DNA from: Gaiellaceae bacterium
GTDB taxonomy: Bacteria; Actinomycetota; Thermoleophilia; Gaiellales; Gaiellaceae
Length of the DNA stretch: 64,000 nucleotides
Direction of reading: 5' to 3'
Assembly: GCA_035296905.1 (NCBI GenBank)
Contig: DATHAA010000007.1
Coordinates: 32,415-96,414 of the forward strand
Shown one piece after another: positions 10,005-17,913 of the stretch. A program made the position numbers and the translations under genes. Below the pieces are notes generated by a model. The model was not told the DNA's origin, did not search any database, and saw only the letters and a program-made list of their open reading frames with translations. Numbering within the stretch: the stretch's first letter is position 1; each line of letters starts with the position of its first letter.

Positions 10005-10045
10005 GACCGCGAATCGAGGATCGCGTGGCGCTAGGCTCACACGGC

Positions 10046-11374
10046 ATGAAGGTCATAGTCGTCGGGGCGGGACAAGTTGGCTCAACGGTCATTGAGGCAC
10101 TCCACGGCGAGCACGAGCTGACGCTGATCGATGTCGACGCGACACGGCTGAACACGTTCGCGCACCGCTACGACATCGCCACGGTCGAGGGGAACAGCGC
10201 CAGCCGCCGCACGCTCCGCCAAGCGAACGTCGAGGAGACCGACCTGCTAATCGCCTGCACGTCCCGCGACGAGGTGAACATCGTCTCTTCGATGTTCGCG
10301 AAGAAGCTCTCGCCCTCGACCACGACGATCGTGCGGACGACGAACGTCGAGTACCTCGAGATCTGGCGCGAGCGAGAGCTCGAGATCGACTTCATGGTCT
10401 CCTCGGAGCAGGAGGTGGCCAACGCAGTCACACGAATCATCGGCATTCCAGCCGCGCGCCAGACCGACGTCTTCGCAGACGGGAAGGTGCAGGTCGTCGA
10501 GTTCGATGTGCCGGCGGACAGTTCCGACGGTCCAGTCATTGGGAAGGAGCTTCGGGAAGCCGAGATCCCGGCGGACTCGAAGGTGGCAGCCGTCATCCGC
10601 GGCAGTCGTGTCATCGTGCCGCGCGGAGACTCGTCCATCCTTCCAGGCGACCGGGTCGTGTTGATCGGCTCTCCCCGAGCAGCGCGCGAGTGGAGTCAGA
10701 TGCTGAGTGGCATCCGCCGCGGCGTCGAGAACGTCGTCATCTTCGGAGCCGGCCAAACGGGCTTCGCCGTCGCCGAGTCTCTCCTGGCCGAAGGAATCGA
10801 CGTGCGTCTGGTCGAGTGGAGGGCCGACCGCGCCCGCGAGGTGGCCGAGGCGCTTCCCAAGGCGCGCGTCTTCCATGCAACGGGCACGGATGCGGACTTT
10901 CTCGAGCGCGAACGGATCGGACGGGCCGCGGCTGGAATCTTCGCCATGCCCGACGACGCGAAGAATCTCTATGCGGCGACGCTCGCGCGGGTGCACGGAC
11001 TGAGGCTGACGATCGCGCTCGTCCACGAACCCGGCTCCGAGGAAGTCTTCGAGCGCACGGGAATCGACGTGACGATCAACCCGCGCACCGTGACCGCCGA
11101 GGAGATGGTCCGGTTCGCACACGACCCCCGTATCCGCCAGCTCGCGATGCTCGAGCGCGACCGTTTCGAAGTACTCGACATCACCGTCCGGGCGGAAAGC
11201 CGGCTCTGCGGGACGCCGTTTCGCGAACTCCCGATCACCGGCTCGCTCATCGGGGCCATCATCCGTGACGACACCGCGGTCTTTCCGCACGGCAATGACA
11301 TGCTCGAGCCCGGCGACCGTGCGATCATCTTCACCGAGTCGTCCCGGGTCCGCGAAGTTGAGGACGCCCTATAG
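10046..11374 (+). CDS. trkA: Trk system NAD-binding component TrkA (two RCK modules)
   Basis: MKVIVVGAGQVGS and a second VVIFGAGQTGF Rossmann motif, each followed by a TrkA_C-like segment. Divergent from trkH. Confidence 0.9.
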   Translation: MKVIVVGAGQVGSTVIEALHGEHELTLIDVDATRLNTFAHRYDIATVEGNSASRRTLRQANVEETDLLIACTSRDEVNIVSSMFAKKLSPSTTTIVRTTNVEYLEIWRERELEIDFMVSSEQEVANAVTRIIGIPAARQTDVFADGKVQVVEFDVPADSSDGPVIGKELREAEIPADSKVAAVIRGSRVIVPRGDSSILPGDRVVLIGSPRAAREWSQMLSGIRRGVENVVIFGAGQTGFAVAESLLAEGIDVRLVEWRADRAREVAEALPKARVFHATGTDADFLERERIGRAAAGIFAMPDDAKNLYAATLARVHGLRLTIALVHEPGSEEVFERTGIDVTINPRTVTAEEMVRFAHDPRIRQLAMLERDRFEVLDITVRAESRLCGTPFRELPITGSLIGAIIRDDTAVFPHGNDMLEPGDRAIIFTESSRVREVEDAL

Positions 11375-11480
11375 CGTTCGTGCAAGCGCGTGCTCAGCTC
11401 CGCTCGTCTCCATGTCGATCTGGGGGCGAAGCGGTCGAGAGGGGTCGAACGCTCATCCCCACCTCGCGAAGACGAGCGGG

Positions 11481-11549
11481 CGCCTCGTCGCCGTGCTCCT
11501 GCGTGTGACGGGTGTAGCCCCGGACATCGCGATCAGGAAGGTCCGGATC
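11481..11549 (-). pseudogene. Inverted partial copy of the 5' end of the cyclase gene at 12915
   Basis: The minus strand reads IRTFLIA-(1-nt deletion)-VRGYTRHTQEHGDEA. It aligns by eye at nucleotide level with 12972..13043 (IRTFLIADVRGYTRFTQERGDEA). Confidence 0.55.
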
Positions 11550-11777
11550 CCGGCTTCCGAGGTGGGTAGGAGAGGGTCTTCGAATCAAGGCCGCAAACGC
11601 CCGTTTCGACGAACCGGGCAGCACATGTGCTTGCCGTTCTCGCGGGTCAACCACACGAAGAGCCAAGGGCCCGGGCGCCGGGCATGACCCACGAATCGCC
11701 CCTCTGACGGTCGCTCGATCAGCCGCTGCATTCGATGAGCCCGACCCTGTAGGGATCGGGGGAAGCGCGTGGCCGCG

Positions 11778-11843
11778 AATTCATCCGCGCTCGATGAGCT
11801 CGACCCGGTAGCCGCCTGGAAACGCGAACTTGTCGAGTGCAGC
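11778..11843 (-). repeat. VOC-tail repeat, locus L2 (chimeric: c-type body with b-type tail)
   Basis: The minus strand reads ..AALDKFAFPGGYRVELIERG*, followed by the gaattca flank typical of b units. Confidence 0.75.
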
Positions 11844-11888
11844 ACGGTTAGCCGCTCCCCTGCGGTCACGCCTGCTCGCGGCCGCATC

Positions 11889-11993
11889 GACCTCCCAACG
11901 GGCTTGGCACCTCCGCAGGGCTACGTCTACCACTGCCACATCGTCGAGCACGAGGACGACGAGATGATGCGACCCTTCCGCGTCGTGAGCTGA
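11889..11993 (+). pseudogene. C-terminal remnant of a multicopper oxidase (CotA/bilirubin oxidase type)
   Basis: ..PPQGYVYHCHIVEHEDDEMMRPFRVVS* carries the C-terminal HCHxxxHxxxxM copper-binding motif. No upstream cupredoxin domains are present; the fragment abuts repeat L2. Confidence 0.6.
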
Positions 11994-12062
11994 GACGGCG
12001 GGTAAGGCGGCAGCGCGAAGAGCCGGGCGCCACACCGCCGAGCTCATCGAGCACCGAGGCGC

Positions 12063-12537
12063 TCAACCCGCTCTCGAGCGGCCTTCGGCTCCCACCGATT
12101 CGTGGTCGATTTGCTCGAGTCGGCTGAGCCGAGCGTCGACAGCCCCGAGCAGCGCGATGATCTCGTCCTCCTTCGACTCGAGCGCGTGCTCCTCCACTTC
12201 CACTTCCTGGAGGATCAGAATTGAGGCGACGACTGCGGTGACGACCGCGAAAAGGGCAGCACCCGAGAACATGAGTAGGAATCCGACTCCTCGGCCGGCA
12301 GCAGAATTGGGGGGCGAAATCCCCGTAGCCGATGGTCGTGACCGTCGCCCCCGCCCAGCAGATGCCGCTGAACGGCGAGTCGAATTCCTCTGGTTCCACG
12401 AGCCACACCGCAAGCCCTGCGCTCGAGACGAGGGCCGCCGTGACCGCGGCCGCACCCCACAGCGCCTTCTGCGCCATCAGCCGGGGAAAAAAAGAGAAAA
12501 TGAGTGCCATGCGTGTCGGACTCCACTTCGATTCCAT
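12063..12537 (-). pseudogene. Two-TM (KcsA-like) potassium channel, frameshifted in the pore-to-TM2 linker
   Basis: Frame A: TM1 plus pore helix plus selectivity filter ATVTTIGYGDFAP. Frame B continues NSAAGRGVGFLLMFSGAALFAVVTAVVASIL plus a C-terminal coiled segment. The frames join at a G6 run (12309..12314, C6 on the coding strand). Confidence 0.75.
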
Positions 12538-12658
12538 CGACTCACTCGCATCTTGGAATCCGAGAGCGCCCCGATTCCCTGTGCGGATTAGTACATCTCC
12601 GGAGGGCATGCGAGATCAGCTCACGTAACCGGCCCGAACATGCCGGCGGCGGGCCGAA

Positions 12659-12852
12659 TCAACCGGACTCGATCAGCTCGACCCTGTAGCCGTCCGGGAA
12701 GCGCGTGCGCGCAAATTCATCCGCGCTCAATGAGCTCGACCCTGTAGCTGTCTAGGAGGCGTACGTTTATAAGTTGATGTCTCAGGCGCCGGGCTCCTCG
12801 ATCAGTTCAACCCGATAGCCGTCTGGTAAGAAAAGGTTGTCGAGCCCACAAG
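12659..12852 (-). repeat. VOC-tail composite repeat, locus L3 (units a-b-c)
   Basis: Minus strand: ..ARTRFPDGYRVELIESG*, ..LINVRLLDSYRVELIERG*, ..GLDNLFLPDGYRVELIEEPGA*. Collinear with L1. Confidence 0.8.
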
Positions 12853-12914
12853 TGGCCCGGCGCGATCGCTGACAGCTCTGGAATCAGAGACTCCCGCGTC
12901 GTACGCTTGGCATC

Positions 12915-14357
12915 TTGCCTGGCGATGCGGCCCAGACCTCCGTCCATCGGACGGAACCACTGGACGACTCCGACATAAGGACGTTCCTGATCGCCGACGT
13001 CCGTGGGTACACGCGGTTCACCCAGGAACGAGGAGACGAGGCGGCGGGCGCCCTCGCCGGGCAGTTCGCCGACCTAGCGCGCGGCGTCGTCGCCGATCAC
13101 GACGGCCATGTGCTCGAGTTCCGGGGTGACGAAGCGCTTTGCGTCTTCCGCTCGGCCCGCCGGGCCCTGCGGGCCGCGGTCGGCCTCCAGGTGCGCTTCC
13201 GCGCTCCGGCGGGCGACGGGTCCACGTTTCCCCTCGGGATCGGCATCGGGCTCGCGGCGGGTGAGGCTGTGCCGATCGAAGGCGGATTCAGAGGGGCCTC
13301 TCTCAACCTGGCCGCACGACTCTGCGCGCTCGCGAAGCCAGGCGAGATCCTCGCGAGCGAGACGGTCGTCGGGCTTGCCGGCCAACTCGACGGCGTCCGC
13401 ATCGTGCCAAGGCGCTCTGTCCGCTTGAAGGGCATCGATCGTCCGGTCCGCTTGCTCGAGATCGCGTCAGAGACGCCGCTCCCCCCGCTTCCGGAACCGC
13501 ACGCGCGACGGCGGCGTATCGATCGACGATGGCTGGTCCTCGGAGCGATAGGTGCGTTCGCAGTTTTGGCCGGTCTTCTGACGCTTGGGCTTACTCGGGC
13601 GACCGCGGACCGCGGGCTCTCGGCGCTCACGCCGAATTCGCTTGGCGTCGTCGACCCGTCCGACGGGCGCATCACCAGCGAGATTGCACTCGAGGCTCGC
13701 CCGAGCGCGGTTGCCGAAGGCGACGGCTCGCTCTGGGTCGCGAACGCCGCTGACAGCACCGTCACGCGCATCGACCCTAGTACGCGCGCCAGCACAACCA
13801 TTCCCGTGGGCCCGGGACCGACCGCGCTGACCTTCTACGAAGGGGCAGTCTGGGTCGCCAACAACCAGGGAAGAACGGTTTCGCGCGTCGATGCAGCGAC
13901 GAACAAGGTCGTCCAGGAGATCACCGTCGGGAACGGGCCACGAGCGATCGCCGGCGGCGCAGGTCGCGTCTGGGTTGCGAACGGAGTCGACGGCACGGTT
14001 TCGAGCATCGACCCCCAGAGCGGCAACACGACGAAGCCGATCACGGTCGGGGCGGATCCGAGCGGTCTCGCCGTGCTCGGTGGCAGCCTCTGGGTGGCGA
14101 GCGAGGCGACCGGGACGGTTGTTCGGCTGAACCCTTCGGGGGACATCGTCGAACCAGTCGCAGTCGGAAATGCGCCGAGCGCAATCGCGACCGACGGAGA
14201 GGGTCTTTGGGTCGCGAACGCTCAGGACGCGACCGTGTCCAGAATCAATCCGAGTCGCGGCAGTGTCACCGACGTCGTGCGGGAGGAAAGAATCCCCGGG
14301 CACTTGCCTTCGGGGAAGGCGCGCTGTGGGTGGCGAACGTCGACGACGGCACTCTGA
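12915..14357 (+). CDS. Class III adenylate/guanylate cyclase domain - TM helix - YVTN/NHL-like beta-propeller repeats (upstream part of a frameshifted fusion gene)
   Basis: Cyclase motifs FLIADVRGYT, EFRGDEALCVF and GASLNLAARL, then the TM helix WLVLGAIGAFAVLAGLLTLGL. About six repeats of the pattern G.GP.A.a...g.lWVAN..d.TVSRIdp follow. The last 25 codons look out of frame. TTG start is uncertain. Confidence 0.75.
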   Translation: MPGDAAQTSVHRTEPLDDSDIRTFLIADVRGYTRFTQERGDEAAGALAGQFADLARGVVADHDGHVLEFRGDEALCVFRSARRALRAAVGLQVRFRAPAGDGSTFPLGIGIGLAAGEAVPIEGGFRGASLNLAARLCALAKPGEILASETVVGLAGQLDGVRIVPRRSVRLKGIDRPVRLLEIASETPLPPLPEPHARRRRIDRRWLVLGAIGAFAVLAGLLTLGLTRATADRGLSALTPNSLGVVDPSDGRITSEIALEARPSAVAEGDGSLWVANAADSTVTRIDPSTRASTTIPVGPGPTALTFYEGAVWVANNQGRTVSRVDAATNKVVQEITVGNGPRAIAGGAGRVWVANGVDGTVSSIDPQSGNTTKPITVGADPSGLAVLGGSLWVASEATGTVVRLNPSGDIVEPVAVGNAPSAIATDGEGLWVANAQDATVSRINPSRGSVTDVVREERIPGHLPSGKARCGWRTSTTAL

Positions 14358-16030
14358 CCAAGGTCGACGTACAGAGCCGAAGAGCGGTGCAAACGATCGA
14401 GCTGACGAGCAGCCCGATCGGCATCGCCTTTGCGGACGGGTCCGTCTGGCCGACTGCCGTGGCGACGCCGGTAAGCCATCGGGGCGGAGTCCTTCGTGTC
14501 GCGTTGAGCGGCCTTTCGGACTGCGAGTGTCTCGACCCCAAGGTCTCCTGGGACAATGGCGCTTGGCAGCTGATGGCGAACGTCTACGACGGGCTCGTCG
14601 GCTACAAACGCGTTGCTGGCGCGCTGGGCCGGTCTCTCGTGCCGGACCTCGCGCGGACCGTCCCGACCCCCACCGACGGGGGAAAGACGTACTCGTTCCA
14701 GCTGCGGCCAGGGGTTCGCTTCTCGAACGGCCGGGTCGTCCGGGCGAGCGACGTCCTGTACTCCTTCGAACGCCTCTACACGGCTGGATACCGCTACAAC
14801 CAGATCCCCTACTACGGGGGGATCGTCGGCGCGGAAGCGTGTGCGGGGGATCCGAGCTCGTGCGATCTCTCGGGCGGAATCGAGGCGGACGACACGACGG
14901 GCACCGTGACCATCCACCTGACCCAGCCGGATGGTGATTTCCTCTACAAGTTGGCCCTGCCGTTTGCCGCAATCGTTTCGGCGGAGAGCCCGCCTGCGAA
15001 GGACTCCGGACTCAACGTCGCCGGCACCGGACCGTACAAGCTGGCCCAGTACGACGGGAACGGCGTTCGGCTCGTCCGCAACCCCCACTTCCAGCCGTGG
15101 TCGCTCCAAGCTCAGCCGGCCGGTTATCCGGACGAGATCACGGCGATCCTTGGTCTATCCCCCGACGAGCAGCTCTCGGCCGTCATGAACGGCAAGGCCG
15201 ATTACACGAGCGAGCTTCCACCCGAACGGATCGCCGATCTTTCGACCCGCTATCCCGGGCAATTCCACAGCGATTCGATGACCGGCGTCTATTTCGTCTC
15301 ACTGAACTCGGCCGAGGCGCCCTTCGACGACGTTCGCGCTCGTCAGGCACTGAACTATGCGGTCGATCGGCGCCGCGTCGTGGAGCTCATGGGCGGCCCT
15401 GCGATGTCCCAGATCACCTGTCAGTTCCTGCCGCCGAACTTCCCGGGCTACGAGCCGCATTGCCCCTACACGTTCGATCCAAATCCGGCCGGAACGTGGA
15501 CGGCGCCCGACATCGCCCGGGCACGCCGACTCGTCTCCGCGTCCGGCACGAAGGGGATGCGAGTGGAGATGTTCGTGAAGCAGGACTGGGCAAAGGTCGG
15601 TCGGTACCTTGCGAGCGTGCTCGACGAAATCGGCTACGACGGCTCGTTGACGGTTTTCACGGACGACGAGAGGTACTTCGACGCCATCTACGCGAAGCAT
15701 CGCTATCAGGCGGCGATGAGCGGCTGGGTCGGGGACACGGGTCCGGCCAACTTCCTGCAGGTGAACTTCGGCTGCCCCGCCGCGGAGAACACCTCCAAAT
15801 TCTGCGATCCGAGGATCAGCGCTCTGATAGACCGGGCGGTGGACGCGCAGAGCGCGGAGAACGCCGTCAGTCTCGCCCCCTGGGCCGAGGCGGATCGTGC
15901 GCTCACCACCGTGGCGCCCGTCGTCCCGCTCTTCAACCCGCGCCGGACGGTTCTCCTCTCGACGCGAACCGGTAATTTCCAGTCACACCCCGAGTACGGA
16001 GCGCTCCTGGATCAGTTGTGGGTCCGCTGA
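14207..16030 (+). CDS. Final beta-propeller blade plus family-5 solute-binding protein domain (peptide/nickel SBP type); downstream part of the frameshifted fusion
   Basis: From about 14282 the frame reads GKNPRALAFGEGALWVANVDDGTLTKVDV (a continuing blade), then an SBP_bac_5-like body (LDP...WDNGAWQLMANVYDGLVGY, TYSFQLRPGVRFSNG, NPHFQPW). The first 25 codons of the listed ORF are probably not coding. Confidence 0.75.
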   Translation: MGRERSGRDRVQNQSESRQCHRRRAGGKNPRALAFGEGALWVANVDDGTLTKVDVQSRRAVQTIELTSSPIGIAFADGSVWPTAVATPVSHRGGVLRVALSGLSDCECLDPKVSWDNGAWQLMANVYDGLVGYKRVAGALGRSLVPDLARTVPTPTDGGKTYSFQLRPGVRFSNGRVVRASDVLYSFERLYTAGYRYNQIPYYGGIVGAEACAGDPSSCDLSGGIEADDTTGTVTIHLTQPDGDFLYKLALPFAAIVSAESPPAKDSGLNVAGTGPYKLAQYDGNGVRLVRNPHFQPWSLQAQPAGYPDEITAILGLSPDEQLSAVMNGKADYTSELPPERIADLSTRYPGQFHSDSMTGVYFVSLNSAEAPFDDVRARQALNYAVDRRRVVELMGGPAMSQITCQFLPPNFPGYEPHCPYTFDPNPAGTWTAPDIARARRLVSASGTKGMRVEMFVKQDWAKVGRYLASVLDEIGYDGSLTVFTDDERYFDAIYAKHRYQAAMSGWVGDTGPANFLQVNFGCPAAENTSKFCDPRISALIDRAVDAQSAENAVSLAPWAEADRALTTVAPVVPLFNPRRTVLLSTRTGNFQSHPEYGALLDQLWVR

Positions 16031-16087
16031 GCCGGCAGCCCGCCGCGAAGACGACTCGGGGCGGCGCGGCTCGGCTGGCGCCTTCGA

Positions 16088-16150
16088 TCAGCCGCGCTCG
16101 ATTAATTCAATCCTGTAGCGGTCTAGGAAGCGTACGGTGGTAAGTTGATG
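16088..16150 (-). repeat. VOC-tail repeat, locus L4 (chimeric a/b unit)
   Basis: The minus strand reads HQLTTVRFLDRYRIELIERG*. It is followed directly by tcaggcgcc, the stop region of the next gene. Confidence 0.7.
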
Positions 16151-16152
16151 AT

Positions 16153-16809
16153 TCAGGCGCCCTCGCCCTCGGCGGCCCCGTCGACCACCTCGGACTGTAG
16201 GTTCGCGTCCGTGGCCTGCTCAGGGGCCACGGCGGACGGGAACCGCACATCCGCCGCGCTCGCGACTTCCTCGACCCGCGTCGTGATTTCACGGATGTCG
16301 GCGAGGAGGCGACCGCGCTCTTCCTGAATCATGTCTGCATCGGCGCGAAGCTCATGCACCCGTGCCTCAGCCTCTGCACGCGACGCGGTGACCTCCGCCT
16401 GGCAGCGCTCGCGCTCTTTCGCAGCTTCCGCCCGCGCCTGCGCCACGGTGGCCTCCGCCTCCCCCTGTGAGCGGGCGAGGATGTCTTCCGCCGCGGTCTT
16501 CGCTTTGGCGACGATCTCCTCTGCCTCCTCGTTCGCGCGGGCGATTGTTCCTTCTGCGTCATGGCGCGCCGCGGTCGTGATCTCTTCGGCCGTCAACCCC
16601 GCCTGTTCGAGGAGGGCTCTTGTCTGCTCGCCCACCTGTTCAAGCGCGCGCTTCACCGCTGCCTCTGGTGAGCGCCTCAGCTCGAGCTCAGCGACGACCT
16701 GCTCGACGCGGTTCGCGTAGGCATCGACGGCGGCGCGGTCGTAGCCGCGAACCGACACGGGGAAGGTGGCCTTTCCGATTTCCTCGGCCGGGTCTCGCCA
16801 CTCCGTCAT
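16153..16809 (-). CDS. DivIVA-domain protein with long Ala/Glu-rich coiled coil (paralog 1)
   Basis: FPVSVRGYDRAAVDAYANRV (DivIVA N-terminal motif), then EAEEIVAKAKTAAEDIL.. repeats. ATG at 16809 is preceded by GAGGAG. The ORF maximum (17016) would overlap the upstream paralog. Confidence 0.75.
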   Translation of the reverse strand: MTEWRDPAEEIGKATFPVSVRGYDRAAVDAYANRVEQVVAELELRRSPEAAVKRALEQVGEQTRALLEQAGLTAEEITTAARHDAEGTIARANEEAEEIVAKAKTAAEDILARSQGEAEATVAQARAEAAKERERCQAEVTASRAEAEARVHELRADADMIQEERGRLLADIREITTRVEEVASAADVRFPSAVAPEQATDANLQSEVVDGAAEGEGA

Positions 16810-16894
16810 CTTCTCCTCTGGAATGGAGGACGCAGTCGGCTCGCTCGCGGGCTCAGAGGGCTGGTCGCTCGGCACTGCTCGAGTATGCCTCGCA

Positions 16895-17533
16895 CTAATG
16901 AAATTTGTCGCTGCGTGTTGTGTTCGCATCACGCTCCTCGCCATCTTCGTCGACGAAGTGCGCAACGGTTTCGTCCAGTCGCGTGGCGATGGCGCGAATG
17001 CCCGCGAGTACGTCACGGCGCTGGCCCCAGATCACATTCGTATCGATGCGAAGTGCCCGCAGCCGTGCCTCTGCTTCTTTGCGCATGACCTCGATCTCGT
17101 GCTCGGCGTGCGCGAGTCGGCGTGCTGCCTCCGTCACTGCGTCTGCCAGGATCCGCTCGGCCTCAGCTCCTGCCCTTGCGCAATGTTCGTCGGCCTCGAC
17201 CTTTGCCCGCTCCGCTTCATCGCCGGCAGTGACGACGAGATCGACCGCTTTCGCCCCGGCCGCCGAGGTGATCTGCTTCGCCTCTCGCCCGGCCGCAGCA
17301 ACGAGCTCGGCCGCCGCCTCCCGGGCGTCTCGCAAGATGTCGCTTCGCTGTTCCTCCGCCCGCTCGAAGGCGCGCTCGAGCACAGTCTCTGGCGAACGCG
17401 TCGCCTCGAGCTCGGCGATGAGGCGGTTCACGCGGGTGACGTAGACATCGACCGCCCGGCGCTCGTAGCCGCGACCGACAGTCGGGAAGGCGACCGTCCG
17501 GAGGTCTTGGGGGACGCGCGGCGGTTCCCTCAC
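16895..17533 (-). CDS. DivIVA-domain coiled-coil protein (paralog 2)
   Basis: FPTVGRGYERRAVDVYVTRVNRLIAELE, followed by an A/E/R-rich coiled coil. GTG start. Confidence 0.75.
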   Translation of the reverse strand: MREPPRVPQDLRTVAFPTVGRGYERRAVDVYVTRVNRLIAELEATRSPETVLERAFERAEEQRSDILRDAREAAAELVAAAGREAKQITSAAGAKAVDLVVTAGDEAERAKVEADEHCARAGAEAERILADAVTEAARRLAHAEHEIEVMRKEAEARLRALRIDTNVIWGQRRDVLAGIRAIATRLDETVAHFVDEDGEERDANTTRSDKFH

Positions 17534-17846
17534 GCTTGCCCCCTATTCTCGCGCGGGCAGGTCTGGGGCCTCCGAGTCGCGACCATCAGCCGCACGCGGG
17601 AACCCTACCCGCCGACTGGCCGGCACGTGGGAAGCCTAATCCCAGCGGCTCGAGCAGGCGGGAAACACGCTTTGGTGGCCCAGGCGCATCCTCAGACGAG
17701 CGGCCGTTCGTAGCCGCCTGCGACCTCCGCGACGAGTAGCCAAACGACGCTCTTCCTCACCCCGAAAAGGGAAATCCTCGTCTCACCCTTTCGCTGCAAT
17801 CAAGCCCTCTCGGCCCTGAGGAGCGGTCGCAAGGATCGCCTCAATT

Positions 17847-17908
17847 TCACGCGTCGCGCTGGTCAATCAGTTCAACCCGATAAGCCGTCCGGGAAGTCGC
17901 GTGCACGC
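17847..17908 (-). repeat. VOC-tail repeat, locus L5 (a-type unit with 1-nt insertion) abutting the gloA stop
   Basis: The minus strand reads ..FPDG(+1 nt)YRVELIDQRDA*. The junction gcgtgcacgcaaaattcatcc reproduces the a-b junctions of L1 and L3. Confidence 0.7.
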
Positions 17909-17913
17909 AAAAT

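Noticed and set aside
12300-12320. Programmed ribosomal frameshifting in the K+ channel gene
   Set aside because: The shift site is a plain C6 run without an X_XXY_YYZ heptamer, a stimulatory SD-like element or an obvious downstream hairpin. Mutation or sequencing error is more parsimonious.
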